From Penicillus capitatus (lineage: Eukaryota; Plantae; Chlorophyta): DNA of 64,000 nucleotides. Shown in pieces: positions 41,401-54,622 of this stretch. The stretch is from contig OZ287719.1 of assembly GCA_965649825.1 (NCBI GenBank), forward strand, positions 107,309-171,308. The letters are read 5' to 3'. The position numbers were made by a program, and so were the translations under genes. Position 1 is the stretch's first letter; the number at the start of each line of letters is the position of its first letter. Below the pieces are notes generated by a model, which saw only the letters and a program-made list of their open reading frames with translations, was not told the origin of the DNA and did not search any database.

Positions 41401-43702
41401 ATGGCGCTGCATTTCGGCAGAGATGCCCCCTATGCCAAAAACCTTCGCCAAGGGCGGGGGTTGCTTCGGAGCTTACTCACCTCCGACAATGGCCTCGTTT
41501 CTCTCGACGGTGAGATTTTGGAGTATGACTTCGGCAATGGCATACGGCATGAGACTGACGAACGTCAAACTGATCCCTCCACCGTGTCCTTCGCTGGAGT
41601 GCGAATAGAGCTGGATGAAATCGGTTGAGTTGTCAAACGGCTCGAGGTCATGATTGGACCGAAAGGACGATCCGGGAAGGGGATTGAAATCGTGGCACGC
41701 TGTTAAGAGCTTCGCTATTTTCGGATTTGACAATGGCAATGCCCGATTGGCTGCAAACCGCGCATCCTCCATCTAGAACACCCCGCCCCGCTTGTACTCG
41801 ATAACATTTCGGCCGGCGGCTTACGGTGAGAACAAAGTAGCTTGCTTCGCTGCAGTCATAGTGTATACCGCCGCCGACGGAAGCGGTATTGTTTTCGACC
41901 ACGGTTTTGATTCCTTTGTTTGACGTGACCGTCACGTTGGACACGGCAACGAAAGCGGCACCGCCGCCGATGGGAGAACGATTGCCTATAATGGTAACCC
42001 CTCGAAGAATGACATCCGCTGCTGTGTCTTCTGAACGCAGACCGCCGCCAGTGAAATGCGCCACGTTATTCTTCAGGGTGAGTGCTGCCAGATCCAAAGC
42101 ACCTATTTGCAAACGGTTACGTACGAGAATGCGGTTTTCGAAGCGCACTGTCTCTTGCATGGATACCGCCACCCATGCCCGCCTCATTCTCTTCGATGAC
42201 ACTCGGCGTTGCTGGCTGGCCGACAAATTTCAGAACGCTGCCCTGGGAAACATGAATTCCGGATCCCGCCAGCGCTCTTCCGTTTTTAAGTTGAGAGCGT
42301 TTCACGGTTAGCTGAATCCCTGCTGCCGTAATGGCGCCTCCGTTCATCAGCGCAATATTGCCATTAAAGATACTCGACGTGATTTGGTGCACCGTGGCCG
42401 AAGGGATGCGGGATTGAAAACTGATGGCTCCACCGCAACGGGCATAATTGTCCACGAATGATGCCTTTCTGATGCGCCATGTCACCGACGACGCGTCTTT
42501 GGACGACTCCACACGCAATGCCCCTCCGAGCGAATCTTCTTGGGAAGTGAACGCTCCTGGCTGTTTTCCACAGAATCCTTGATTTTTGCGAAAAGACGAG
42601 CTTTTGATCGAAACGACGGCAGCGTCTTTCGCGTCTTGCTGCTCCGTCGCTCCATGAAACACAGCGATGGCGCCGCCACCACGACATCCCTTGTTTCGAT
42701 CAAAGTGCGATGCACTGAATTGCATTCTGACGTGATTTCTGGCGAAAATCGCACCTCCCATTCCTGACTGTTTCATCTTTTCGTCCGCAACACCCCTGAA
42801 CTTGTCCTTCCCTGATGCATCATCGGTCAAGTTCTCTGATCCAGCGACATTTCGACGGAATTTCGACTGTTTTGTGCTCAGCATGTTGCCATTCGTACTT
42901 TCAAAGTGAACGGCCCCGCCTGACACCTCTGCCGTGTTGTCTTTAAAGACACACTTTTTCAAATGAACATCTGTATCGCGTGAGTGAAGGGCTCCGCCAA
43001 ATTTCGCATGGTTTCCATGAAAGCGACATTCGATGAAACGAACGCCGTTCTTCATGTCCGATGCCACTTCATGGAAACCGCTCTTCGTCACAACGCCATC
43101 GTCTGCGGCATTCTCGTCGCTGTTGTTAGCGCAGCCGACATTTCCAGAGCTCTCACACAGGTGATGGTCGCTCTTATTTTCGCCTCTCTTGTTGACCACG
43201 ACTGCCGGATTCCCTTGGCATCCCGTGAAGTTCAGCAACGCGAGTGTCGCGGTCTGGGTGCTACATTTTCCGTCGTTCGTTTCAGACGACAGCGAGAGAA
43301 CGTGAGCGTACTTAACGACAACGGCACTGGCATCTGGTGGACAATGTACGACTGTCCATCCTCTTGTACCTTCCAAACAGATGCCGGTTGACTCGATGGA
43401 CAAAGTGTTCTCTAGGCGGAGCTCTGTCATGTTAAGGACGATCGTCCGAGCACCAACGTCACGACGTAGGATCTCCTGGCGCAGCTCCTTCTCACTTGTC
43501 ACGGGCGTTCTGTCTGCTGACGGACAAAGCGAGAGGCGACCCGATTCTGTGTGGCTCTCGGCGTGAGCTGCGCACGAACAGATACACGGTTCAGCGCGTT
43601 GACCACACTTGAACGCTTGCCTCTATGGTTCATGAGAATGCATCCGAGCAGAACGGTGAGAAGCGGACGAGATGCCGCTACACGCGTATGCCTTTTATTC
43701 AT
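38406..43702 (-). CDS. Large receptor-like membrane protein A: Pmp-type GGA(I/L)/FxxN beta-helix repeats, Cys-rich region, multi-pass TM (TRP_C-like) domain
   Basis: Leader MNKRHTRVAASRPLLTVLLGCILM; repeats FHGNHAKFGGAL, FKDNTAEVSGGAV, FNGNIALMNGGAI; ECYPGE..C..C..GYWHSTPFS..C; CADGYRGPLCGSC; QILINYLQV; YWFLFQGYR..WESTVLVRK. Confidence 0.8.
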
Positions 43703-44944
43703 GGCGCCGTCGTTCTCTGCAAAACGCGGTGGTCTTAAACGACGGCGCGTATGCGTTTAACAACGTGCGATGAAAACGCTAGGGAAAAGTTGTTAGTTTC
43801 TAAGTTTGATCGCCAGAGCTTTTCAAAAATGTGCGTTGATTTGCGGTTCGCTTCTTGGTCAGTCGCAGAATTCGCATTGTCACAAATGGTAATTGCGAAG
43901 CTGATATTGCTCGCCATTCTGACATGGCAATGAGAGCACAGCTGGCACGACACTGTCCGTTCTCAACGCCTCGTTCTTCGCAGGATTCGGTTGATTAAGT
44001 ATGATGTGATGATACCCAAAACTCCTTCTCCCTATGACCGGTCCTTCCTCGGAAATTTTCTTTTGCAAATAACAAGGGGAGAAATGATCGTGGTTGTTCA
44101 AAGTCCTATCCTCGCGGTGTCGGAAGACAGAGAAACACAGGTTTTTATCTGCCGGTGTTTTCAATAACGCGCTTCGGCCAAGGTGTTGTATAAAGGATTG
44201 ATCCACCATCATCTCCATTCCCGAGCCCAATAGGAAAAAGGCACTTTTGTAAAGACGTGTAAAGTGTATGTTGCCGTCCGATGGTCCTGCTTGCTCCTCT
44301 TCTCCAATGAATATCCCTGACGGCACGGGAATCGCGAGATCTTCGGGGGCGAAACTTACAAGTCGATGCCTCTTCTATCCTTGGAACTCCGTCTAGTATC
44401 GTAGACTCCGACGCTGAGCACGACATCCCGCGTGCGAACCTCCATTACCCTTCCACTTTATCCGACCTTTCAGGAGCGTCTGAACCGCTTCCGTCAGGGA
44501 GAACAATTCAGACCTTCGCCAACGGAGTGCACAACGCATCATAGACAACGAAGAAATATACGCTTCGCAAAGAAGTTCCGAAGACGCGAGTGTCGAGCTC
44601 GTGGTAGTCCACTCGAGGACCTAGTAACGACTGGGCCGTCCGAGACACTGTTGATGCGTGAAAGCGTTGTGGTTTACAAACAGATGTCTTTGTCGACGAG
44701 ATGATAAAATGGGGTAGATGAGGGGGGGCGTGATGAGGGGACTGTCTGGCTGGCCATGGGGTCACGCCGCCAAGGGGCGCTCAGGGTCTTGTCAGAGGAG
44801 ACCTTAGACGCCGGGGGGCCGGATTCTCTGGCTCGGGACGAGGGGTGACTCACCAGCTTCGAGGACACATCGCTGGAGTGGGTTAAAAGGGAAAGAAACA
44901 TTGGGTAAAAGATCTTTGGTTGTCATACGCGCCAGGTTTTAAGT

Positions 44945-45361
44945 TTGAGTTTTGACTTCAGTCTGGCTGACGACGACGAGCAGCACCCGGTTTCGCACGC
45001 GACCGTTCACTATCCACCGTTGTATAGGGACTCACCCTACCTCACGGCACTCAGGTTTTGGCGAGAGGGAGAACGCCGGAGTGTGGACGCCTCCGACCTG
45101 TTCCAACGAGGTGCCGACCAGGTGGTGCACAACGCCGGGTTGTACGACTCCCGACGCAGCTCCACTCAAGAAGAGCGACTCGAGAACGTAGACGAGGCCG
45201 GTCCATCAAACCGTCCAGAAGGAGGAGGGAATCCGTCACCTCCTCGTCCACGCAGCGGATCGCCAGGAAGTCCTATACGACAAGAACGACAGTCTTTGCG
45301 CAAAAAGATGATCAGTGTATCAGAACCCCCTCTTATACGCTTTCACAGCATGACGTTATGA
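44945..45361 (+). CDS. Orphan ORF1 (conserved motif shared with the 61.4-61.74 kb copy); possibly a fragment of a longer decayed ORF
   Basis: ERRSVDASDLFQRGADQVVHNAGLYDSRRSSTQ..EAGPS vs ERRSIDATDLFQRGASRVVHNAGLFDSRRSSTQ..EAGPS, with mostly synonymous differences. Confidence 0.55.
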   Translation: MSFDFSLADDDEQHPVSHATVHYPPLYRDSPYLTALRFWREGERRSVDASDLFQRGADQVVHNAGLYDSRRSSTQEERLENVDEAGPSNRPEGGGNPSPPRPRSGSPGSPIRQERQSLRKKMISVSEPPLIRFHSMTL

Positions 45362-45437
45362 TCGCATCATGCTTCATGTAATGATATCGTCTTCCTCTTC
45401 AGTTCCTCTTCCTTCTTCAGCCTCTTGATGGTGACAC

Positions 45438-45564
45438 TGTCGAGGCAGAACAGGAGGAAATGGCGACCGGCAACATGGTTTCGGAGCGTTGATGCCTTCC
45501 TCAGATGGGGCTCAGTCTTTGTGACGTTGCGTGACTGTTTGTGAGTTGCGCGCTCCTGAGTGGA
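45438..45564 (+). mobile_element. LTR-end, PBS and 5' leader fragment of a TR-GAG-related element
   Basis: ...GACCGGCAACA followed by TGGTTTCGGAGC (45476-45487), then a leader alignable to 9517-9440 (TCCTCAG..CTC.GTCT..GTGACGTTGCG). Confidence 0.6.
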
Positions 45565-46962
45565 GATGATGATAGCGGTCGCGGCGACGGAAGGCTTGAC
45601 GGAGACGAGGACACGGAATCGCAGCATAGCTGGTACACGTGTAACGACGACGTGCACGACATTCCGTCGGAACCGGAGGGTGCCGGCCTCGATGGGGATC
45701 TAGGGTTTGGCGCGATCAGTCCGTTTCCGGACTTCGCCTCGTGGGATGCACTTGGGGTGTTCAGGCAGTCCGCTACGGCCGATGCGGCGGACAACGGGGG
45801 CCAGAGTCCGGTTACTTCGGAAAGGACAACGGACGGCAGCGTGAGGGAAACGTTGTCGCCCCCGGAAGACGACGCTCCGGTCGGGGCCTCCACAGTCGAC
45901 GAGGATGATCCGGATAGGCCCAGATGGACCAAGTCGAGACTGGTGTTGGACTATCAAGCGCCAGGACCGAGCATGCGCCCATCGTCCTCGTCGACTGGGA
46001 CGGCCCAACATGTTCAAAGGCCTGTACAGCCGGCCGATGAGGGCAGGCGCTGTGAGCGTGTGCGGGAGCGTGTCTATTACAGTCCGTATGTATGGACTGG
46101 CGGGGACCCTGACGATCCACGAGAGGAACAGTTGGAGAGGGACAAGCGGAGGCTCGGCCTGCTGATGGAATATTTGGAGCAGGCGCGTCGTGCGGAGCAG
46201 CATCGGGATCGAGGGTCTAGCGAGAGCCCTGAGGGAGACGATCCCCAAGGGTCGACTCCGATCCCGGAGTATCCGGCACCAGCTCCGCGTCCGGCATGTG
46301 CACCGCAGGCGACTCCGGCACCGGCACCGCAGCCGACTCCGATCCCGGTTTCGGCGCCGCAGGCCACTCCGATCCCGGTGCCGGGCCCCTCGGCGATGAT
46401 AGAAGATGACCCAGAAGACGTGCAGGGGCCCGGTCAACCGGAGAACGAGCGCATCTTTAAGCATGGCAGGGCTAGATGGTACTTGGCCGAGCGGTTGATG
46501 GAAGAGTTTAAGCGGATGCGGGACGAGAGAAGAGACGACGAGTTTCTTTTGCGGTGGCTTCCACGCTTCGAGAAGCCGCCGCAGTGGACGTGTGCGCCGT
46601 GGGTCGAGGAGATGGTTGCGGATTGGGCCGCGCAGCAGTGGCAGGAGGAGCATTGGGACGCTCACCAACGGTGGCAGGAGGAGCAGCGGGCGGCGGAACG
46701 GGCAGCGCAGCAGCGGTGGCAGGAGCAGCAGCGGGCCCAAGGCACGCAGCGGACGGAAGACATTGCCGCCCATGGGCACGGGCTACAACACCCAGCCGGA
46801 CAAATGGGGAACGTTTTTCCGGCGGAGGGACTCGGACAGCCGTCCGAACAACTCGCCCCCCAGAGCGACGGCAGTGCCTTCACCATAGGGCAGAGTGCCG
46901 CTGATCAGAGGAGGTCCTCACGCGCCAAGGACAGGCGTCGTCTAAGGCGCAAGGACCGCTGA
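45541..46962 (+). CDS. Orphan ORF2, 473 aa, acidic, Pro-rich and Gln/Trp-rich low-complexity regions
   Basis: Long open frame; 45565-45916 is closely similar to 63649-64000; no recognisable domain. Confidence 0.55.
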   Translation: MSCALLSGDDDSGRGDGRLDGDEDTESQHSWYTCNDDVHDIPSEPEGAGLDGDLGFGAISPFPDFASWDALGVFRQSATADAADNGGQSPVTSERTTDGSVRETLSPPEDDAPVGASTVDEDDPDRPRWTKSRLVLDYQAPGPSMRPSSSSTGTAQHVQRPVQPADEGRRCERVRERVYYSPYVWTGGDPDDPREEQLERDKRRLGLLMEYLEQARRAEQHRDRGSSESPEGDDPQGSTPIPEYPAPAPRPACAPQATPAPAPQPTPIPVSAPQATPIPVPGPSAMIEDDPEDVQGPGQPENERIFKHGRARWYLAERLMEEFKRMRDERRDDEFLLRWLPRFEKPPQWTCAPWVEEMVADWAAQQWQEEHWDAHQRWQEEQRAAERAAQQRWQEQQRAQGTQRTEDIAAHGHGLQHPAGQMGNVFPAEGLGQPSEQLAPQSDGSAFTIGQSAADQRRSSRAKDRRRLRRKDR

Positions 46963-48342
46963 GGGGCTGCAGCGCCCACGGCGATGAGATCGTTGGGCCC
47001 GCGACTGCGAGGGAGCGGTCCGCTGAGTTAAAGTGAGTGAAAGGACTGCGGCGAAGGTTTTGGCAGAGAATGCAGGCGGTTGACGTGGCTTGGCTTACCT
47101 TGGCGAAGCTCAGTACCGAAAGTTCGGTGAGTCGTGCGGGCGTTGGCACACTTGTTGCCTTGTTCGGGTAGGCTCTGTCCAACTGGGCGGTCGGTCGGTC
47201 GGTCGCTCAATAGGAAGAGGGTGCTTCGGTGTGCGCACGAGGTATATCCTCTCCGAGGCTGGCTTGGAATGAGGGCGGCAGGCGAGGCGCGAGTGTTGTC
47301 AACGGGGGGAGATTCGCCGAGCTATTCGGTTCTGAGCGGAAACAGGGTTGGCCAAGTCGCGTGTGGCTATGGAAGATTAGTGGAGAGTGCTGGGTTGCAC
47401 GGTAGAAGGGATGTACTCACTTTAGCTCGACGGCACCTCGGGCGTATGGAGTCGGAATCGTTGTGGAACCGGCAGTGTTGTCTTCCCTATCAAACGCCAT
47501 TCTTTTGCGCAGAGAGGGAGCGGTCGGAAAGGTCACCATAAACCGTCCACAGTTCGGACGGTCCGTGACGGGCAATGGCCAGTGACTTATGAACACCAAG
47601 TTGATGTATACAGATCTTCCCTATAAAAGGGTCATGCAAATAACGAGACGATTTTTGCATGAAAGATCCGTCGTGTTTTGTCGGGCGCGCAAAACGCGAT
47701 TATTATGCGACTAACCAATTCTGGGCTTAGCAACTTTCAGGATTCCTCGGAAAGGGAACGTGTGAAGTGCATTACGTCCCTTGGTCAATCAGTGGACTTT
47801 CTTAATTGTTTATCTTGTCCGGCCACTCGCGTCTACACGAGCTGCCGATGTATGTCAGGGAAGCCGATGGTCGGCGAAGTTATGCATACTCTGTACCGAG
47901 TAAGCTACTAGCTCTCTGATCGCGGACGTCGACCTGAGATGGTCCGCGATACAATCTTCCTTGGTAGACAGACCTCCGAATGTCGTTCTATAGATATTAC
48001 ATGTCTTCGAAGTTTGACCTCGTTTTTCACAAAGATGAACTGTGTATCTGCACTTAAGCGAGCACCGAGTCGGACACAGAGCGAACAGCGAACGTTAGGT
48101 GACAAACTCAAGTGAAACTTGAGAACACTAAGTGTTCTCGGACCATACAGGAGACACTTAAATTGTATGGTTAGTTTAAAACAGAAGATTTCATGTGATG
48201 CATAGAAGGTAAAATGTACGGGGGCGCCGCCACTGGAAACTTCGGGCGCTGAAACCAAATGGACCATCCTTAGATATCAACAATATTTAAGTGCTGCATT
48301 AATGAGCCGCGAAAAAAAGAAGGTATGCATCATGCGCAGCAC

Positions 48343-51300
48343 TCAAACGAGTCCCAGGATGCGGTGTCTTCTCAGGCGTTGAGAGAACCTCGAGATTCTG
48401 ACCTGCGATTGTTCAGCCCTTTCGGCATAAGGCGTGTTTGAATTCGATTGGCAAACCAGAAAAAACACCGTTTTTCTAGCGAAACAGACAAGCCCCATGT
48501 TGTTCATGTGAAGTGCGAGAAATGAAGGATCTTTGATTTCCAGTTTACAGTCCAGCAGGAGATGAAGCCCGGCGAACAGGCGATAGAAGATATACAGAAT
48601 TAGGCAGAGATTGATGGAAAAGACAACGGTAATCGTAACTATCTTTGCGGTTTCGGAAGAGCTAGGTTCGTTCAAAACAAGCGCCGCAAAAAAGATGAGA
48701 GACGAGCATGCGAGTGCGATAGATTCAATAATGTTGAGATCCATGGCGTTGTTCATTCGGATCCATTTTATCGCCATTCCAGGCTGCCCGAGTGCCCGAA
48801 ACAAGCATCCGGCGTAGTCTGGAAGAATACAATCATCCTCTGGAGTCCTGAAAGGAGAGAACAAGAAATGGAGAGCTTGGGCAATAAGCAGAACGCCCGT
48901 GCACAGTATCGCTTGCATGGTGGTGCCCAGCTGCCCCGTGAGCACCACGACTGCAACAATCAAGGTCTTTCGCAGAAGGATCATAGACTCCCACGATGCT
49001 CTGTACCACTCTGCTTTGTAGCCTTGGTAGAAAAACCAATATCTGGATACAAACGTGGCATCTGGCAAACGTCTCTTGTTGAGAGGAAGCCAGACGCCGA
49101 CGCACAAGATTGAGCAGAATACCAGCCCTAGTCCGACAAAACCAACGACGCCGACTGGAAAGTGGCTACCTTCAAGACAGACGTGTTCCGTATCTTCTGC
49201 CCAGAGATGCTTGACAGGCTCCGTGGCATAGTGTCTGTATGGATGTTCTGACGGGACATGCTCCGTGGCTGCATCGATCTCCACACAGTTGACGGCTCGG
49301 AACAGTTCTCTGACGATGTCGATGTAGAAATAGTAGAAAGATACAACAGCGATTCGGATGACGTAGGTGACGAGACGCGTTCTGCTGTTTTCTTCTGAGG
49401 TGAAGGTGTCCGTTTTCTGTCGACTCTTCCACGATCGGCGCAACCAGTAGAGCACAGCGACCAGCATGACTGTCAATTGGATGATCCAGGGAGTGGCGAG
49501 TCGTATCCACAGGGCGGCGATCGAAGTGGGAATTGTGCTGCTCTCGAGATGGCATTCGTATGGCGCTGTCACCAATACCGTCGCCGATCCTCCCAACGCC
49601 GCTGTCAACAGACCGCGACGTAATGTCTCCATATCAAGAGCGAGAGAAGCGATACCTTGAAACCTGAGCAAGCCTCTCAGCAGGCTCCTCCATTCGATCT
49701 TCAGTCCAATGGCGATGCTCGTTAATTGCACGTAGTTTATGAAGATCTACGGAGCAGACAGATATCATCAAAAGGAGTGCAACGAGGTGTTGTGCTTTGA
49801 GGGTTTCTGTCCATTGCATCGTCACGGAGAGGTGTCGAGTGGGTGAAACGCGGTGATCCAAATCCATTGATCTACCAATTGAGGAAATACCTAAATGACA
49901 TGGATAGGTACACACTGATCCAGAGAATTGCACACGGACGTGCACTTTCCAGTAACTCTGCGATGGTTACTGTCTCGGGAGCAGGAGAGTCCCGATGTCC
50001 GCCTTTCTCTCTGAAACTGGAAGTCGCTGGTCGAGTTTCGAGCTTGACACGTTCGACGTGTGATTTGATCGATGCCAAGCTGACGACACAGTTGATGCCA
50101 ATGAAGACAAAAAGCCATAGTGCAATCAAGAAGATGAACAAACCGTTCGTATCCGCATTCTTAGGGCAGGACTCGCATTCTCCAGTGTAGGAGTGGCCAT
50201 AGCCATTTCGACAGGAGCCGCAGAGGGGTCCTTTGTAGCCTTCAGAACACTGGGGATAAGCGAGATCGACAGCTGGCTCGGGTCCTTCCTCAGCAATGTG
50301 TGCATTTAAGCTGTCCAGTTTCTCCTGCAGTGCGACAGGATCTTTGGAAAAGAGGCCCAGGATTTCTGCCCTTCCGTCGTATCGGCATGCCTCTAAGTGA
50401 ATGCACTTTCTCATAACGGGAGAGAATGGTGTGGCGTGCCAGTAACCATCATCTGGGATCAATGCGGATCCTCCACTGCAATGCGCATGCAGCTCACATC
50501 CTTGACACGTCCCCGACGTCGAATGGAATCCGTACTGTTCGACTGGACACCGGTAACAGACATTTCTCTGCGCGATCTCTCCTGGATAGCACTCTCTTGT
50601 TGAGAACTGGAGTCTGATGTCCATATTGGGATCCCGTTGACTGAAGACTGTCAATGTATCGGTGGTGTTGATGCCCCAGGCTCTCGTGTTACTGATGCTA
50701 GCCACACCGTCGGATGCTGTGTATTTGAGGTCTCCAATGATGGCATCCGATTCGAGGGTCAAATCAAGACCCGCATCGTCGATCGGTGCCCTGATCGTCT
50801 GATTGAACGCGTCTTTGATTTCGATATGCAACGGACATTTGTTTTCTGTTGCGTCCTGCCGGCAAGGGGCACTGAGCGTTTCTCCGCTGACCATGCCAGC
50901 CAGGCGATCCAAGCCTCTCTCGATACGCAGAGCTACAGCATTCGTGCCCATTTGAGATTGGCTGTCCGATCCGTCTGCGTTGTTGTTTGCCTCCACTCGT
51001 GTGCAGTAAGGCAGCAACTGAGCTGTCAGATTGGCAGAATGGGCATCCCGAGTCGCCATCCACTTCTTCTCGCCCAGATCACATGATACAGCAATGGCAT
51101 CAGGACGCGACAAGAAAATCCCTCCCACGCGCGTCGCCGTGTTTTGTGTGACGGTGATGTTGTGTATGTCAAATTTTTGGCAGGTATCGAATCCGGGAAT
51201 CGACGGAAAGCATGATAACTTGTCGTCTCTGTTCCACACTGTATCCTCTGTATGAACAGAGAGGCCACCTAGGTGTATGCCTTTAAGATCCCGCGACCAT

Positions 51301-53548
51301 CCGCGCCAAGTGAGATTACCTCCAGCGATAGCGGTGTTCCGAGCCACGAAGACATTTCTGTAGGTCACCTGGGCAATCGTGTACAGACTCATGCCCAGGA
51401 ACGACATGCAAACACCGCCACCATAACCCATCGGGATCTTTGTCACGTAGCGGAGCACGTTGTGGTCGCCAACCTGTTCGGTTTGATTTGGAAGGGACAC
51501 GATTGCTGACGACGATGGAGTATAAACTGCGCCTTCCTTTAGGAGTCGCCTTATCTTCGGTGATTGTAGACTCAATGCCTCGTTGGAGATGAAATACGTC
51601 TCTCCAATCTACGAAGCATGGAAAGTCAACATAACATGACCTTTTTGGATGAGGCGCTCTTACGTTCACAGCGAACGCTGGATCATCCATCGTTTCAAAA
51701 CAGAGCCCTCCGCCGATGCTGGCGCTATTGTTTTGGAAAAGGGTCGGTCGTCCCCTGGAAGATGTTATGGTCAATCCTGTGATGCCTCTTGCACTGAATC
51801 CTCCGCCTACTAAGGCAATGTTGCCTTCGAGCAGGACGCCTTGCAGAAGGATGGGATGCTGCACACCCACGGCGTAGAGGCCACCTCCCAGGCGATAAGC
51901 CTTGTTGTTTCGGACGATCAAAGAAGAGACATCAACAAACCCTACAAAACAGCATCAATGGCACTAAGTTGAGCCTTTGGGCGTAAAACCTGCATTCATC
52001 AAGACCATTGCGCCGCCATAGACGCTGGTGCACTCTTCTATGACGCTCAAAACGCCTGGGTTGTCTGGATCTTCGTCGATTGTCAGAGAGGCTCCATCCT
52101 GTGCAAAGATGCCTCCTGCGTAGAAGGATCTGCTCTTGATGATGTTCGTGCTTCGGAGAAGAAGACGAACGGCTCCAAGATAAGCAGATCCACCTCCCTT
52201 CAGCGCGATGTTTGATGTAAACTGAGAACTGGCGATTCTGTGCTGGCCAGGGGAAGATGCAGAGGCTCGAAAAGCAAGTGCTCCTCCAATGATTGCTCGA
52301 TTTTCAATGAAAGTGCAGTTTTGAATGTCCCATACAATACTGGTCTCGTCGAGGGAATCGTAGAGCAGTGCGCCACCGGAGCGATGTTCTGTCAGAGAGA
52401 AGACACCTTTCAAAGCACTGGGCTGTGGTCCACAATAGGCGGTATTCTTGCTGAAGAGCGAATCCGAAAGACGCAGTGCGAAGACGTCTGTTGTCTTCCT
52501 GAAAGCCACGAGGCTATGAATGACAGCGATGCTTCCGCCGCCTTCACATGCCTCGTTGTTCTCAAATCTGGAAAGCGTTATGGAAATGTTGCCAGGAGGA
52601 CTCGCAATGAAGATGGCACCGCCTGTTGCATTGGTATTCAAGCCCTTGTAGGTAGTCAACTGAAGGTTTGATTGCTCAAGAAGGGCCACGGCAGTCTTTC
52701 CGTGCGCTCTGTTTCTCCGAAAACGTGACCTCTTGATCATCAGGGTTGATCTGCGGAGATGACGAAGGTAGACAGCACCTCCTGTTAAACCAGCCTCGTT
52801 CTGCTCAAACTCCGAGTCCTGGATCTCCACATGTGCATTTCTGGCGTAAATAGCACCACCCAGTGTTCCGCGGTTGCCGAAGAAGCGACAGGACTGGAAG
52901 CGGACGACAGGCCTGGCACAGGTTCGGTTATCGCAGGCATCCACGCGCACAGCAGCGCCGAAGACACGGCCTCCTGTCTCGCCGTTATTCCAGAAATGGA
53001 CGCCTTCGAAGTCGACCGCCGTCCGCTGCTTCAAACTCGACGGCTCGACCTGGACCACCACGGCAGACGCCCTCCTGCACTGGGTGATGTTCATGGACCG
53101 GAGACGGACGGTGCCATTCCTGCAGATCCCTCAGTTACACGATGAGAGGGATCGGAGCTTGCCTGATGACGATGGCGCTCTCGATCCCGTTTTGTGGACA
53201 GCTAAGAACGGTAGGCGTGTCTGTCCTTCCTTCGAGGGTCACATTCCGCCGGTCATCGATGACGATTGGACCCGAAAGAGTGAGGGCAGTCGCGTCGAGG
53301 TGTATCTCTGTCCAGTCAGAGTCCATTGAAAGGGCATTTCGCAATTCCTCTTCGGTGGTAACGGAGACAACTGTATCTTGCGATGTTTGCAAAAGATTCC
53401 TTACACCGCCAAACCAGCTCGGTTCCTCCAGAGTGTCAATATCATTTGTCGCTATGCGCGCGACCGGTTCATGATCGATATGATTCTGCACCAAGATGAG
53501 AAGGGAAGCCAAAACGGCGACGATAATGACTGCTGGCTTCATTTTCAA
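48343..53548 (-). CDS. Receptor-like membrane protein B (paralog of A)
   Basis: Leader MKMKPAVIIVAVLASLLILVQ; GGAIY/GGAVY/GGALL repeats; ECYPGEIAQRNVCYRCPVEQYG; GYWHATPFS; CSEGYKGPLCGSC; FVSRYWFFYQGY..WESMILLRK. Confidence 0.8.
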
Positions 53549-54622
53549 ACCCCAAGGGGTATCGTTGATGGATGTGAGAACGTATCTAGAAACTCTACAA
53601 AGAACGACATTCGTCGGTGTCAGTCAGAGAAAAGCGTCTTACCGAACAAATCTCTCTAGACCGGCCCACTCAGAGGAACATAGAACGAGCGCTCTTTAAA
53701 ACAGGTTGCCTGAGAGAAATCGTTTGAAAGACAGATAGCGCAGGTTTCCGTCGGGAAGTCAATGTATGGTTGGTTCGCGTGTGTTCCCGCTTATCCTCTA
53801 CTACGCGTTTCTCGTAGAATTTTGGCCTTTCGTACACTCTTGATGACAATGTGCGGATCGAAAAACCTAATCCGCTTGTCGCATACGGCAGATACGGTCG
53901 ACGTAGAGGTTATGTCGATACATACAGCCAGGAAAAGAGAAACGACGTCACGAAGGGGCTTGTCTGCATTCACGGGACTGATCCATCGACGTTCTTCGAG
54001 AGAGAAGCTGAAGGCGGACTTCATTCGCGGATATCTGTTTTGACCACAGAGTAGTCCATCGGTCTCCAGCTTCGCTCGTTGAACCCGTTTGGCGAGTTTT
54101 GTATTCATTGCCTTGAATTACAGAATCAACTCATCTAGAAGCTTTCGCCATGAGCAATCCCCGAACGTAAACAGCCTCTTTGCAAGCCGTGGATCTCCAC
54201 GTTCTGTCTCTTTGTCCCCGACCGCCTATCATACACTTTACCGGCGTGATAAATGAGCGATACAGTTAGCCATGCGATCAGATCCCACTTGGACGCTTAT
54301 TAGGTTTAAGACCTTTGGAAATGGATACGTCTTCTTTCAGAAAAGAGCTTTCTAAAGCGTAGAATAATCATTCATTACACTCTTCACGTCCAGGAAGGCA
54401 GATGCCAATACACTCTATGCCCAAAGAACAGTCTTGTAGAGCAAAAGGCTGAGTGAGTTCTCTCTTAGGAAACATCCTCAGCAGGGGGCGAAGGAAACGC
54501 ATAATGTGATTTATTGAGAAAAGTTTCTTCTTCCTTCTGAATCGAAAGGATTCGTCTGAGTGAAGACTATTCGATGCAGAAGATCTATGTAAGGAGATCG
54601 ATCGTTTGTCATGTCGCTCTAC

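Noticed and set aside
44731-45475. 745-bp LTR bounded by a PPT-like GAGGGGGGGCG and the PBS
   Set aside because: The interval contains ORF1, which shows codon-level purifying selection, and no second copy is present. Kept only as an LTR-end fragment.
45700-46779. Minus-strand 359-aa ORF, and similar long antisense ORFs (25907..26683, 34950..35525, 55019..55864, 59014..59583)
   Set aside because: They overlap better-supported genes on the opposite strand and show no recognisable motifs.
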